A stretch of DNA of 64,000 bases, taken from Kofleriaceae bacterium. GTDB lineage: Bacteria > Myxococcota_A > Polyangia > Haliangiales > Haliangiaceae. The notes under the pieces were generated by a model, which was not told where the DNA came from, ran no database searches, and saw only the letters and a program-made list of their open reading frames with translations. The position numbers were made by a program, and so were the translations under genes. The stretch is from NCBI GenBank assembly GCA_965215005.1, contig CBDCCZ010000061.1:1-64000 (forward strand), given 5' to 3'. This document shows positions 20,580 to 38,332 of the stretch, one piece after another; the stretch's first letter is position 1, and every line of letters starts with the position of its first letter.

Positions 20580-20972
20580 ATGCACCCCAGCGAACGAAAT
20601 CAGCGGCGCCATCCGCGCGTCGTCATCGATCTCGCGGTTCGTCTCTCACGAGAAGAGACCGAGACCACCGCCCGCGTCGTCGATATCGCCCGCGGCGGCG
20701 CCTTCGTGCGCACCCGTCGTCCGGCCGCTGTCGGCTCGCCGGTGCGGCTGCGACTTCGCACGCTGGCGACCAAGTCCTGCGAAGCAGGCGGTCGAGTGGT
20801 GTGGCGACGACCGACGGTGCGCCCCGGCTTTGGCGTCTGCTTCGACGACACCAACGAGGCCATGCAAATGTTTGTGCGCAGCCTCGAGCGCCTGTCGCTG
20901 CCGCTGCGGAGCATTTATCTCGCCGATGTCATCGATCCGCACGTCGAAGTAGATGAGGCCACCACCACCTGA
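20580..20972 (+). CDS. PilZ-domain protein
   Basis: QRRHPR (RxxxR), DIARGG (D/NxSxxG-like), GRVVW and GFGVCF. Confidence 0.85.
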   Translation: MHPSERNQRRHPRVVIDLAVRLSREETETTARVVDIARGGAFVRTRRPAAVGSPVRLRLRTLATKSCEAGGRVVWRRPTVRPGFGVCFDDTNEAMQMFVRSLERLSLPLRSIYLADVIDPHVEVDEATTT

Positions 20973-21004
20973 GCCCGCGCGAGCCAATGCTATAACGGCG
21001 CTCG

Positions 21005-22060
21005 ATGACGGGGCTCTTGCTCATCAATCTCGGCACCCCCAATGCTCCGCAGACCGGCGCCGTGCGCCGCTACCTGCGCCAGTTTCTCTCCGACCCGCGC
21101 GTCCTAGACACCGGGGCGCTCGCGCGTTGGCTGCTCCTCAATCTCGTCATCCTGCCGTTTCGTCCCGCCAAGAGCGCCGAGGCCTACCGCGTCATCTGGG
21201 ACGAGCGCGGCTCGCCGCTCCTCTACCACAGCCGCGACCTCGTGGCCAAAGTGCAGGCGCGGCTCGGCGACGGCTGGCACGTCGCCCTCGGCATGCGCTA
21301 CGGCAATCCCTCGATCGCCGATGCGCTTGCTGAGCTGCGCGATCGCGGCATCGATCGCATCGTCGTCCTGCCGCTATTTCCGCAATACGCCTCGTCCTCG
21401 ACCGGAAGCGCGCTCGAGGAGCTGTATCGCGCCGCCGGAACCCTTTGGAACGTGCCCAGCTTGACCGTGATCGACTCATTCTACGATGACGAGGGCTTTC
21501 TGAACGCCTTCGCAAACGTCGGCCGGCCGGTGCTGCAAGAAGCCCGACCCGACCACGTGTTGTTCTCGTTTCACGGGCTGCCGGAGCGACAAATTCACAA
21601 GAGCGACACCAGCGGCCGTCACTGCCTGGTGCGCGCCGATTGTTGCGAGCGCATCATCGCCGCCAACCGCTACTGCTACCGCGCGCAGTGCTTCTACACC
21701 GCTCGACAGTTGGCCGCCGCTCTCGATATCGCCAGCGCCGACTACACCGTTTGCTTTCAATCGCGACTGGGTCGAGTGCCGTGGATTCAACCGTTCACGG
21801 ATGTGCTCATCGATGAGCTTGCGGCGCAGGGCAAGAAGCGCCTCGTGGTGTTCTCGCCCGCCTTCGTAGCCGATTGCCTCGAGACTATCGAGGAGATCGG
21901 TGTTCGTGCGCGCGAGCAGTTCTTGGCCGCTGGCGGGCAGGAGCTGGTGCTCGTGCCGTCGCTCAATGCCACCGACGCGTGGGCTGCGGCCGTCGCCAAC
22001 CTGGCACTGCCTCATGCGCAGCACCAGCTGCCCGCAGCGAGCTCCAGCGGCTCGAGCTGA
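21005..22060 (+). CDS. hemH: ferrochelatase
   Basis: LLINLGTP, YLRQFLSDPRV, GMRYGNPS, LPLFPQY, FSFHGLP, FQSRLG..W and FVADCLETIEEI. Confidence 0.97.
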   Translation: MTGLLLINLGTPNAPQTGAVRRYLRQFLSDPRVLDTGALARWLLLNLVILPFRPAKSAEAYRVIWDERGSPLLYHSRDLVAKVQARLGDGWHVALGMRYGNPSIADALAELRDRGIDRIVVLPLFPQYASSSTGSALEELYRAAGTLWNVPSLTVIDSFYDDEGFLNAFANVGRPVLQEARPDHVLFSFHGLPERQIHKSDTSGRHCLVRADCCERIIAANRYCYRAQCFYTARQLAAALDIASADYTVCFQSRLGRVPWIQPFTDVLIDELAAQGKKRLVVFSPAFVADCLETIEEIGVRAREQFLAAGGQELVLVPSLNATDAWAAAVANLALPHAQHQLPAASSSGSS

Positions 22061-22101
22061 CGCTGGCCTCGAGAAGCAGAAGTGCAGTAGCGTGCCGCGT
22101 G

Positions 22102-23244
22102 ATGAAGAACGCGCTGCCCGACGTCTATGGCAATCTGCTGATCGTCCGTCCTCCGGTGCCGGCCACGTGCAACAAGGCCGGCGCCAACTACAAGAGCGAG
22201 GTCGCGCACCTGGAATATTCCCCTCGTCGTGCCTATGACGAGTGGCTGTCGATCTGCGATGCCATTTTAGACTGCGGCGGCGATGCGATCTTTGCGTTCG
22301 AAGCGGCAGATGAGCCGCTCCTCGATCAGCACGAGCTTCATGTCGATGCCGAGGGCACCATTGCCGCTCCCGGCGGCGACCGCCTCGGACACATGGATGG
22401 TGTCATGACCGGCCGCGTGTTCACTGCCAACGGCCCTTGGGTGGTCGCCGACGGCGATGAGCTTCGGGCGGTGATGCCGCATATGCTGCCGCATCGACTC
22501 GATGAGGCGAGCTATTACCGCGAGCTCCTCACCGAGCTCGCCGAGCTCGGCGGCTATCGACTCTCGCTCACCGACAATCCGCATCGCTGGGAAGGCATGG
22601 CCGACGTCGCCACCGTCGGCGATCGCGTGGTGCTGACCTACGCGGTGCCGGGGCATTACGACGAAGGCATCGAAGCCAAGAGCGAGCGGTCCACCGAGAA
22701 GGGCGTGCGATTTGCGGCCGATGCCGCCGGCGTGCCCGAATCAGCTCAACTGTTTGCGGAGCTCATCTATCCGCACTTTCACGGCGACACCGTGCACTTT
22801 GGCGCCCGGCCCACCAGCGGTAAACCGGTGTTGGTGCAATATCCCGCGGGGCTTTGGGACGATGGTGCCGACGACATTGCCGAGGCCCTCGGTCGCGAGC
22901 GCATCATCGCCATCGGCAAGGACGATGCGGTCGAGCAATACGCCGGCAACTCGCGCCAGGTCGCTGAGGGCGTGTTGGTTCCCGACGGCGTGAGCGCGGA
23001 CTTCATCGCCTCGATCGAGGGCCTCGGGCTGCGCATCCATCGGGTGCCGCTGTTCGAGCTTTTCGGCAAAGCCGGTGGCGGCCCCGCGTGTGCAACGCTC
23101 TACATGCCCGCGAACCTGCGCCTGCCAAGCGACGCGCCGGTGCGCTATAGCGTTCGCAAGAGCGAAGCCCGCGCACGCCGCCAGCGCTATCCAGAGCGCC
23201 TGCTCGTCGATCCTGGCTTCTTTGCCGGCAAGTCGCGCGGCTAA
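22102..23244 (+). CDS. pentein-fold (amidinotransferase/DDAH-like) protein
   Basis: VFTANG, WEGMAD, FHGDT and ELFGKAGGGPACAT match the pentein pattern F.AN / EG..D / H.DT / K.GG...C. Confidence 0.65.
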   Translation: MKNALPDVYGNLLIVRPPVPATCNKAGANYKSEVAHLEYSPRRAYDEWLSICDAILDCGGDAIFAFEAADEPLLDQHELHVDAEGTIAAPGGDRLGHMDGVMTGRVFTANGPWVVADGDELRAVMPHMLPHRLDEASYYRELLTELAELGGYRLSLTDNPHRWEGMADVATVGDRVVLTYAVPGHYDEGIEAKSERSTEKGVRFAADAAGVPESAQLFAELIYPHFHGDTVHFGARPTSGKPVLVQYPAGLWDDGADDIAEALGRERIIAIGKDDAVEQYAGNSRQVAEGVLVPDGVSADFIASIEGLGLRIHRVPLFELFGKAGGGPACATLYMPANLRLPSDAPVRYSVRKSEARARRQRYPERLLVDPGFFAGKSRG

Positions 23245-23285
23245 TACGCACAGCTACCAATTCTCGTGAGCAGAAAGGACGACCC

Positions 23286-23690
23286 ATGGCTGAGACCATC
23301 TTCTCCAAGATCATCGCCGGCGAGATTCCATGTCACAAGGTGTACGAAGACGAGCAGGTGCTGGCGTTCCTCGATATCGAACCGCTCAGCAAAGGGCATA
23401 CGCTGGTCATTCCCAAAGAGCCCGCGCAGACCCTGGATCGGCTTTCCGATGACAGCGCCGCCGCCATTGGCCGCGTCCTGCCGCGCATCGCTCGCGCGGT
23501 TGCAGCCGCCACCGGCGTTGCGTCTTACACCGTGCTGCAGAAGAACGGCGCCGAGGCGCTGCAGGCCGTCCCGCACGTCCACTTCCACATCATTCCAGTC
23601 GGCGCCGGCCTGGGCATCACGTGGAACTCCAGCAAGCTCGACAACGAAGAAGGGCGCTCTCTCGCCGCCCGCATCGCCGATGCGCTTTAG
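23286..23690 (+). CDS. HIT-family nucleotide-binding protein
   Basis: TIFSKIIAGEIP, AFLDI.P, GHTLVIPK and histidine triad HVHFH. Confidence 0.95.
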   Translation: MAETIFSKIIAGEIPCHKVYEDEQVLAFLDIEPLSKGHTLVIPKEPAQTLDRLSDDSAAAIGRVLPRIARAVAAATGVASYTVLQKNGAEALQAVPHVHFHIIPVGAGLGITWNSSKLDNEEGRSLAARIADAL

Positions 23691-23708
23691 GCGCGAAATG
23701 AGCGTTTG

Positions 23709-23927
23709 TCAGCGCGCTGCTTGCGCCACGAGCGCCGCGGCAGCTTCCTCATCGAGGCGCTCGGCTTCCTCGATGAGCAGCACCGGCACCCCGTCTTCGA
23801 TGCGGTAGCGCAGCCGCGAGGTCGGGCAAACCAGACACTCCTGGGCCTCGTCGCCGGGAACGTACAGCAGCGGCGCCTTCGACGCGGGGCACACGAGGAG
23901 CTCCACCAGCTCGGCAGGTAACGGCAT
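23709..23927 (-). CDS. Trm112/YcaR-family protein
   Basis: LLVCPASKAPL...LRYRIEDGVPVLLIEEA. Confidence 0.9.
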   Translation of the reverse strand: MPLPAELVELLVCPASKAPLLYVPGDEAQECLVCPTSRLRYRIEDGVPVLLIEEAERLDEEAAAALVAQAAR

Positions 23928-23995
23928 GGCGGTAGCACAACGCTGCGCGGCCCTTGTGTCAAGTCGCCTCGCTTCCCTATGGTGGCGACTCCGGC

Positions 23996-25981
<1,986 letters not shown>

Positions 25982-26136
25982 CCACCACCAAGGCCGCGAA
26001 CTCGCTCGGGTTTGGCGTTCGGTCTGGGACCCGCCGGGCGAGCTTTGTGGTTGACGCCAACCTCCCACGGGTGTAAATCGCTGCGGTTCCATCACCCGTA
26101 CCCACTGCGTCGAGCAGCGGGTCGACAGAGGCTGTT

Positions 26137-27081
<945 letters not shown>

Positions 27082-27090
27082 AGGACTGCG

Positions 27091-27822
27091 ATGGAAGTCG
27101 GAAAACTCACAGTGCAGCGCCGGCACAAAACCGGTAAGGGCGTGGCCCGCAAGCTTCGCAATCAGGGGCTGGTGCCGGGCATCTGCTACGGCGCGAAGCT
27201 GGAAGCGCCGATCGAGGTGACTCTCGATCCCAAGACGCTCAAGGCGAGCTTGGATCCGCAAAAGCGGACCAATACCCTGCTCGACGTGACGATCGAGGGA
27301 CACGACGGACAGGGCTCGGAGAGCCTCCAGGCGATGGTTCGCGACTTCCAGGTCGACGCCACCCGCCGCGAGGTCATCCACGTGGACCTGGTAGCCATCG
27401 ATACCGAGCAAGAGCTCGAGATCGAGGTCCCGGTGCAACTCTCCGGCAAGCCAGCCGGCGCGATCAACGGCGGCCAGCTGCACGTCGAGCTGCACGAGAT
27501 CTCGATCTTCGCCAAGCCGGCAAACATTCCCACCAGGTTCGTCGTCGACGTCTCGTCGCTCGACATTGGCGACTCGGTGCACGTCTCGGATGTGCAGCTT
27601 ACCGAGGGAGTGCGTCTGTCGTCGCCTGGCGAGCTGGCGATCGTGACGTGCGTGCCGCCGGAAGGTGCGGATGCCGAGCCAGCGGCCGCAGAAGGTGCCG
27701 CTGCAGCCCCGGCTGCCGCCGGCAAGGCGGCTGGCAAAGCGCCGGCTGCCAAAGCCCCCGCTGCCAAAGCTCCCGCTGCCAAAGCAGCGCCAGCCGCCAA
27801 AGCGCCGGCCGCCAAGAAGTGA
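27091..27822 (+). CDS. rplY: 50S ribosomal protein L25/Ctc with Ala/Lys/Pro-rich tail
   Basis: GKGVARKLR..G.VPGICYG, HVDL and DVSSLDIGDSVHVSD; sits between prs and pth. Confidence 0.95.
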   Translation: MEVGKLTVQRRHKTGKGVARKLRNQGLVPGICYGAKLEAPIEVTLDPKTLKASLDPQKRTNTLLDVTIEGHDGQGSESLQAMVRDFQVDATRREVIHVDLVAIDTEQELEIEVPVQLSGKPAGAINGGQLHVELHEISIFAKPANIPTRFVVDVSSLDIGDSVHVSDVQLTEGVRLSSPGELAIVTCVPPEGADAEPAAAEGAAAAPAAAGKAAGKAPAAKAPAAKAPAAKAAPAAKAPAAKK

Positions 27823-27843
27823 GCCTGAGCGAGCGCAAGCGGC

Positions 27844-28491
27844 ATGTGGCTCGTCGTCGGTTTGGGCAATCCCGGCCCCAAGTATGAGCGCAACCGGCAC
27901 AACCTGGGATTTCGGGTCGTCGACGAGCTCGCGCGTCGCCATCGCTTGGGGCCGCTGCGCCACAAGCACGGCGGCGAGCTTGCCACGGGCATGGCGCGGG
28001 TCGGCACGGCTCAGCACAAGGTCGTCCTGCTCAAGCCAATGGAGTTCATGAATCTCAGCGGTCACGCCGTGCAACGGGCCGCGAGCTTTCATGAGGTCGC
28101 CGCGGAGCACCTCGTGGTCGTGCACGACGAGGCCGATCTCGACTTCGGGCGCCTCAAGCTCAAGAGTGGCGGCGGCCACGGCGGTCACAACGGGCTGCGG
28201 TCGATCATAGCGCAGCTTGGCCAGAGCGACTTCCTGCGGGTTCGCTGCGGAGTCGGCAAGCCTCCCGGCGCTGCCGGCGCCCGCGATGGCCGCGTCGCTA
28301 GCTACTTACTGTCCGACTTTCCCAGCGCCGTCGCCGCCGAGGTCGACGAGCTGGTGGACGCGGCGGCGAACGCGTGTGAGCGCATCTGGACCGACGGCAT
28401 CCATGCTGCCATGAATGCGCTGCATGGTTCCGGCAAGCCCACGGCCACACCTGCCGCCCCGTCCGAGGTTCGCAAGACGCCCCACAAGTGA
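27844..28491 (+). CDS. pth: peptidyl-tRNA hydrolase
   Basis: VGLGNPG.KY...RHNLGF, KP..FMNLSG, HDEADL and GGHNGLRS. Confidence 0.97.
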   Translation: MWLVVGLGNPGPKYERNRHNLGFRVVDELARRHRLGPLRHKHGGELATGMARVGTAQHKVVLLKPMEFMNLSGHAVQRAASFHEVAAEHLVVVHDEADLDFGRLKLKSGGGHGGHNGLRSIIAQLGQSDFLRVRCGVGKPPGAAGARDGRVASYLLSDFPSAVAAEVDELVDAAANACERIWTDGIHAAMNALHGSGKPTATPAAPSEVRKTPHK

Positions 28492-28522
28492 TATAGGAAC
28501 CGCGGTCTTTAATAGACCGTGC

Positions 28523-28571
28523 TCCCTCCTTGCTCGGCGCTGGTCGCCGGGCTTTGCAAAGCCACGAGGAG
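28523..28571 (+). promoter_or_regulatory. putative structured rpsF leader (S6:S18-type autoregulatory element)
   Basis: CTCCTTG (28526-28532) can pair with CGAGGAG (28565-28571, the SD), enclosing hairpins cggcg/cgccg and ggcttt/aaagcc; a CCC lies next to the stem. Confidence 0.55.
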
Positions 28572-28577
28572 ACTGAA

Positions 28578-29272
<695 letters not shown>

Positions 29273-29273
<1 letters not shown>

Positions 29274-29533
29274 TGACTGCTATGGCCCCCCGTCTCATCG
29301 CTGAGAAGAAGCACCGCCGCTCGGCGAAGCGCGGCTGCCGGTTCTGCGCCGAGCCCGAGACCGTGCTTGATTATAAGAATCCGCAGCTCTTGAGGAGCTT
29401 CATCACGGATCGCGGCAAGCTGTTGCCTCGCCGCACCTCCGGCACCTGCGCCATTCACCAGCGTTCGCTCGCCCTGGCAATCCGGCGGGCGCGAATGGTC
29501 GCGTTGATCCCCTTCGTAGTCATCGGAGACTGA
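29273..29533 (+). CDS. rpsR: 30S ribosomal protein S18 (Zn-binding C+ type)
   Basis: CRFC...DYKN..LL..FITDRGKLLPRRTSGTCAIHQR. Confidence 0.97.
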
Positions 29534-29543
29534 GGAGACGTCC

Positions 29544-29996
29544 ATGCAACTCATCCTGACTCAGGACGTCCCGAATCTCGGCAAGGCGGGGGAGCTCGTC
29601 ACCGTCAAGAGCGGATTCGGGCGCAATTTCTTGCTGCCTCAGGGCATGGCAATCTCGGCGACCGCCCGCAACGTGTCCGAGCTCGAGCACGAGCGCGCCC
29701 GCATTGCCAAGCAGGTCGCCACCGATCGCGCGGCCGCTCTGCAGATCGCCGAACGCCTCAACATGATCACCTTGCAGTTCGAGCGACTCGTCGGCGACGA
29801 CGAGAAGCTGTTCGGCTCGGTGACCGCGCGCGACATCGCCGACCAGCTCGGAGTCGCGGGCGTCGAGCTCGACCACCGCAAGATCCAGCTCGACGAGCCC
29901 ATCAAGGCGCTCGGCAAGTACGAAGTGCCCGTCAGGCTGCGCGGCGACGTGATCGCGCAGCTCAAGTTCTGGGTCGTCGGCAAAGAAAACGAATAA
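29544..29996 (+). CDS. rplI: 50S ribosomal protein L9
   Basis: LGKAGELVTVKSGFGRNFLLPQG, KLFGSVT and PIKALG. Confidence 0.97.
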   Translation: MQLILTQDVPNLGKAGELVTVKSGFGRNFLLPQGMAISATARNVSELEHERARIAKQVATDRAAALQIAERLNMITLQFERLVGDDEKLFGSVTARDIADQLGVAGVELDHRKIQLDEPIKALGKYEVPVRLRGDVIAQLKFWVVGKENE

Positions 29997-30015
29997 GTCG
30001 CTGTCCCGAAGCTCA

Positions 30016-30050
30016 TCAGGTCGCGGCTCTCGTCGCGACCTGACCTTTTT
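30016..30050 (+). terminator. putative intrinsic terminator after rplI
   Basis: 10-bp stem tcaggtcgcg/cgcgacctga followed by ccttttt. Confidence 0.55.
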
Positions 30051-30127
30051 CGGCGCGATGCTTGCGCCAGTGCGTTAGCATCCCCGCGGCGCCTGTCTTG
30101 GCGCCAACTCTTCTTAGGACCGCCCGA

Positions 30128-31489
<1,362 letters not shown>

Positions 31490-31500
31490 GCTAGCTGCGC

Positions 31501-33171
31501 ATGTCGCTGCAACCGGGAACCATCATCGATAGGTATCGCATCGACACCGTCATCGGTGGCGGCTCGATGGGCGATGTGTTCCTAGGCCTTGACGACTCGC
31601 TCGATCGCCGCGTCGCCATCAAGATTCTCAGCGAAAAGCATCGCGACAACGAAGAGCTGCGGGCGCGCTTCGTGCGCGAGGGCCGTGCCGTGGCGGCCAT
31701 CTCGCATCCAAACGTCGTCCAGGTGTTCACCACCGGCACCTTCGACGATAGGCCCTTCATCGCGATGGAATATCTCGACGGCACCGATCTCGGCTCGCAC
31801 GTCGAGCAAGTGGGGCCGCTATCGCCGGCGCAGGCAGCACGCGCGGTTCGCGATGCAGCACGAGGCCTGGAGGCTGCAGCCACAGCGGGCCTCATCCATC
31901 GCGACGTCAAGCCCTCGAACCTGGTCCTTCTCACCAACGGCGTCGTCAAGGTCACCGACTTTGGCCTCGCCAAGCCGCTCGAGCCGGGCAACGAGCCCGC
32001 CCTCACTGCCATGGGCGTGGTGGTCGGAACGCCCGACTACATCGCGCCGGAACAAGCGCGCGGCGACACACTCGATGAGCGCGTCGATATCTATGCACTC
32101 GGCGGCACGCTGTTCTTCTTGTTGACCGGTCGGCCGCCGTTTCGTACCGGCAAGCCAGCCGACGATAAATACCTCAAGGTCGTCGCCCGCCATCTGCGCC
32201 AAGCCCCGCCTAGCGCGCATCAAGAGGTCCGCGGGCTCGATCGCGAGCTGTCCGAGCTGGCGCGGCGCATGATGTCCAAAAGCTCGGAAGAACGGCCTGG
32301 GTATCCCGAGCTGCTCGGCGCGCTCGAAGCAGTGATAGCTCGCCTCGAAACCAGCGCCGGCGATTCGCAGCTCGCTCGTCCCGCGCGCAGCTCGCCAGCA
32401 CTGGCCGGACGCGTCGCGCCGACGCCTTTCATCGGCAGCACCCTCGCCGACGCCGACGATGAGCTGGCGCCGACCCGCATGCGAATCCCCACGCAGCCGC
32501 CAGACTCTGCACGCACTGCCGCCCGCGAGCTCCACGATAGCGCCCACACCAGCGCCATCGGCACCGAGCTCGACGAGCTACGCGGTCGACCGAAGCGAGC
32601 ACGCTGGCTCATCGCGGTCACGGTCGCGTCGGTGGCGGTGTTTCTCGTCGGCCTCGGGCTGCTGCTGTTTGGGCCACTTCCGAGCCTGGCCAACCTCGCT
32701 CCTGATGCCGGTGTGCTCGGAGCGATCGCAACCGACGCCACACCTACGGTATCCCCTGCCCTTCCCGAGCCGCCGCCGGGCATGTTGCTGTTGACCGATA
32801 CAAGCGGCAATCCAAGACTCTTCGTCGCCGCCGCGCCGGTCGAACATGGTGACTACAGCGCGCTGTTTCCCACCCAAAAGCGTCTCCTCGGCTCCGCGCG
32901 AGCCAACGCTCGACCGGTACGATCGGTGGCGTTCAAGTACGCTCAAGCGTACGCACGCGCCAAAGATGCGCGGTTGCTTTCGCCAGAGGAGTGGGCCGCC
33001 GCTGCCGAGCTCGAGGGCTTTGAGCACGCCGGCCCGCGCCTCTGGGAATGGGTGAACGATGGCACCACGGGCGTGTCCGCACCGCGACCTGTCACGGGCC
33101 CGGCCGGCATCGAGCGTCGGCCCCCCGTGGCCCACAGCGACGTCACGTTTCGCCTGGCCCGCGACCTCTAA
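31501..33171 (+). CDS. Hanks-type Ser/Thr protein kinase with TM helix and degenerate FGE/C-type-lectin-like C-terminal domain
   Basis: [25 protein letters not shown] and DIYALG; TM segment; C-terminal RL...EEW..AA, LWEWV and FRLARD. Confidence 0.9.
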   Translation: MSLQPGTIIDRYRIDTVIGGGSMGDVFLGLDDSLDRRVAIKILSEKHRDNEELRARFVREGRAVAAISHPNVVQVFTTGTFDDRPFIAMEYLDGTDLGSHVEQVGPLSPAQAARAVRDAARGLEAAATAGLIHRDVKPSNLVLLTNGVVKVTDFGLAKPLEPGNEPALTAMGVVVGTPDYIAPEQARGDTLDERVDIYALGGTLFFLLTGRPPFRTGKPADDKYLKVVARHLRQAPPSAHQEVRGLDRELSELARRMMSKSSEERPGYPELLGALEAVIARLETSAGDSQLARPARSSPALAGRVAPTPFIGSTLADADDELAPTRMRIPTQPPDSARTAARELHDSAHTSAIGTELDELRGRPKRARWLIAVTVASVAVFLVGLGLLLFGPLPSLANLAPDAGVLGAIATDATPTVSPALPEPPPGMLLLTDTSGNPRLFVAAAPVEHGDYSALFPTQKRLLGSARANARPVRSVAFKYAQAYARAKDARLLSPEEWAAAAELEGFEHAGPRLWEWVNDGTTGVSAPRPVTGPAGIERRPPVAHSDVTFRLARDL

Positions 33172-33193
33172 CTAGATCTATACAGTCGCGGCA

Positions 33194-33943
33194 ATGAGCC
33201 AACCGCGCCAGATGCAGAGCCAGCCATCCACTGCGACACGCGCAAGCGAATCCACCGCGGCTAACGTTGATAGCCCGCCGCTGGCGCCGCTCATCGACCA
33301 CACGCTGCTCGCCGCCGATGCTGCCCGCGCTGATATCGAGCGACTATGCGCGGAAGCTCGTGAGCACGGCTTTGCATCGGTGTGCGTGAGCTCGAGCTGG
33401 GTGCCGCTCACCCGCACGCTCCTCGATGGCTCGGGCGTCGTGACCTGCGCTGTCGTCGGCTTTCCGCTGGGAGCGGTCACACCGGCCGCCAAAGCGTATG
33501 AAGCACGCCTGGCCGTCGCTCAGGGCGCAAGAGAGATCGACATGGTCATCCATCTCGGTGCGCTGGTCTCGCGCGATTATCGCGCCGTGCTCGGTGACAT
33601 CGCCGGCGTCGTGGAGGCCGCCGGTGATGCCATCGTCAAGGTCATCATCGAAGCCGCCGCGCTCGGCCACGACGACAAGATCATCGCTTGCTGCTTGGCC
33701 AAGGCTGCCGGCGCCGCATTCGTAAAGACCTCCACCGGCTTCCATTCCGCTGGGGGCGCAACGGCCGCAGACGTGGCTCTGATGCGCCAAATCGTCGGCC
33801 CCGAGCTCGGCGTCAAAGCCTCCGGCGGTATCCGCACCGCCGACGACGCCGAGCGAATGCTCGCCGCCGGTGCCAGCCGTCTCGGTGCATCGGCTTCGGT
33901 AGCAATCGTCACCGGCGTCCGAGCCTCCAGCCAAGGATATTAA
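33194..33943 (+). CDS. deoC: deoxyribose-phosphate aldolase
   Basis: [33 protein letters not shown] and GVKASGGIR. Confidence 0.97.
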   Translation: MSQPRQMQSQPSTATRASESTAANVDSPPLAPLIDHTLLAADAARADIERLCAEAREHGFASVCVSSSWVPLTRTLLDGSGVVTCAVVGFPLGAVTPAAKAYEARLAVAQGAREIDMVIHLGALVSRDYRAVLGDIAGVVEAAGDAIVKVIIEAAALGHDDKIIACCLAKAAGAAFVKTSTGFHSAGGATAADVALMRQIVGPELGVKASGGIRTADDAERMLAAGASRLGASASVAIVTGVRASSQGY

Positions 33944-33945
33944 TC

Positions 33946-36078
<2,133 letters not shown>

Positions 36079-36086
<8 letters not shown>

Positions 36087-37407
36087 AGTCATCCTCCGCG
36101 GCGGCACCATCCTCACCATGGATGGCGATTGGCATCTCACCGATGGCGACGTCGCCGCTATCGACGGCGAGCTCGTTGCAGTCGGCGGTTCCTATACGCC
36201 GCGCACTGACGACTACGAGGTTCTCGACGCTCACGGCTGCGCCGTCTTGCCCGGTTTCGTGCAAGCACACACGCATATGTGTCAGACCTTGGCCCGCGGT
36301 CGCGCCGACGACCTCGAGCTTCTCGACTGGCTGCGCGAGGTCATCTGGCCCTACGAAGCCGCCCTCGACTCCGATGACGTCACGGCCTCGGCAGAGCTCG
36401 CCTGCGTCGAGCTGCTAACCGGCGGCACCACCGCGATTCTCGACATGGGAACCGTTCATCATACCGACGCGCTGTTCGCCGCCGCGCGCGACAGCGGCCT
36501 GCGCGCCACCATCGGTAAGGCAATGATGGACGAGCCCGATGAGCGCATCCCGGTCGGGCTGCGCGAGAGCACCAGCGAGTCGCTCGCCGAAGCCGCGCGC
36601 CTGTGTCAGCGCTGGAACGGCGCCGAGCGGGGACGTTTGCGCTATGCCTACGCGCCCCGCTTTGCCCTCTCGTGCACCGAGGAGCTGCTTTCCGCCGTGG
36701 GCCGCGCTGCGCGCCTCGCCGGCGTCCGCATACACACCCACGCCAGCGAAAATCAGCACGAGATTGCCGAGGTGCGCCGCCGCACCGGCACCTCGAATAT
36801 CGAATACCTGCACCGCCTCGGCCTCACCGGTCCCGAGGTCACCCTGGCGCACTGCGTGTGGCTCTCCGAGCACGAGCGCGCGCTCCTGGCCGACACCGGC
36901 ACTCACATCGCCCACTGCCCCTCCTCCAACCTCAAGCTCGCTTCTGGCATTGCGGCGATTCCCGAGGCTCGCCTCGCCGACATCTCGGTGGGCCTCGGCG
37001 CCGACGGCGCGCCTTGCAACAACAACCTCGATGCCTTCATGGAAATGCGCATCGCGGCGTTGATACAAAAACCGCGCGCCGGTGCCCGCGCCATGGCCGC
37101 GCCGCTCGTCGTACGCATGGCCACCATGGGCGGCGCGCACGCCCTCGGTCTGGAGCACCTCATCGGCTCCCTCGAGGTCGGCAAACGCGCCGATGTCATC
37201 GCCGTCGCGCTCGATGGACCGCACGTCACGCCGACCAGCAATCCCTACTCGGCCTTGGTCTATGCGTGCCGCGCCACCGATGTTCGCCAGGTCGTCATCG
37301 ATGGTCGCGTGATCGTTCGGGATCACCGCTTGCTAACCCTCGAGCCGCGCGCCGTCGCCGACCGCGCCCGCCATCGCGCGAGGGCGATTTTCGATAGGAT
37401 CTCGTAG
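36079..37407 (+). CDS. amidohydrolase, 5'-deoxyadenosine/MTA-SAH deaminase-like
   Basis: PGFVQAHTH, HTHASEN, LAHCVW, HCPSSNLKLASG and LGADGAPCNN; nucleoside-salvage context. Confidence 0.85.
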
Positions 37408-37447
37408 GCTTGCCGCTATAGTCGGGGTTGACGCAAAGGACCCCGCC

Positions 37448-38332
37448 ATGCTGCTCACCCGCGAGGAAATGACCTTCGACTTCGGCGGCGCCCGCCTCGA
37501 CCCCGGCCGCGACCGCCAGGTTCTCGAGTGGATGCTCAATCAATTTCTCTATGGTGAGATGACCGGCATCCAAGTTGGCCACTGGCTGTATCACGCCCCC
37601 GACTACGACGCCGCGAAGTTCCTCGCTAAACAAGCCATCGAGGAGATGCAGCACGTCGACAACTTCCTGCGCATCATGGCGATGCTCGGCTGCACACCGC
37701 AAAAAGCCAATCCAGTGGTGCGGTTTCTCTCCACTGGCATGATGGGCGGCTCCTGGGCAGAGCACGTCGCCCTTGAAATGGCCAGCGGCGAAGGCTTCGT
37801 GCTGTTGGCGTTCTACGCGCTCATTGACACGCTCGACCACAAGCCCACCGTCGATATCCTCAGTCGCGCCGTCAAACAAGAAGAGCGCCACGTCGACTTC
37901 GGCGAGCAGCAGACCATCAAAGCCATTGCCGGCAAGCCCTGGCTGCGTCGCCGCCTCCTCGGCCTCAACCTCGTGTCGATGTGGGCCGTGCGGCGGCTCG
38001 CCAGCTTCATGGAAACCCGCCTGCCGCGCGACCACGAAGTGCTTTCGCAGCTCCCAGCCTTCCTCGGCCACACCATCTCCTGCGCCGAGCTCCGCCTCCG
38101 CCGCATCGGCCTCCTCGACCGCCCTCTCGCCGACCTCAGCCGAGCCAAAAAACTGGCTCTCATCGGCGAAGCCTACGGAGGCAAAACCGCCGGCGCCGCC
38201 GCCTCCCTCCTCACCCTGCCACTGCGCCTATTGCCCTTCTGGCCAAAGAAGAAAAAGCTCACCGAGCTCTACCTCGCCGACCCACACATCCGCCACTTCC
38301 CCGCCCTCGAGTCAGCCCAAACCGAGACCTAA
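37448..38332 (+). CDS. ferritin-like di-iron domain protein
   Basis: E...EEMQH and E...EERH paired carboxylate/ExxH motifs. Confidence 0.7.
   Translation: MLLTREEMTFDFGGARLDPGRDRQVLEWMLNQFLYGEMTGIQVGHWLYHAPDYDAAKFLAKQAIEEMQHVDNFLRIMAMLGCTPQKANPVVRFLSTGMMGGSWAEHVALEMASGEGFVLLAFYALIDTLDHKPTVDILSRAVKQEERHVDFGEQQTIKAIAGKPWLRRRLLGLNLVSMWAVRRLASFMETRLPRDHEVLSQLPAFLGHTISCAELRLRRIGLLDRPLADLSRAKKLALIGEAYGGKTAGAAASLLTLPLRLLPFWPKKKKLTELYLADPHIRHFPALESAQTET

Noticed and set aside
25982..26136. tRNA-Gln, often found upstream of prs
   Set aside because: No cloverleaf, T-loop GTTCGA or CCA end is recognisable; a TTGACG is present but has no convincing -10.
32760..33171. Diversity-generating retroelement target (FGE/CLec-like C-terminus)
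   Set aside because: No reverse transcriptase and no second near-identical template repeat were seen in the window.
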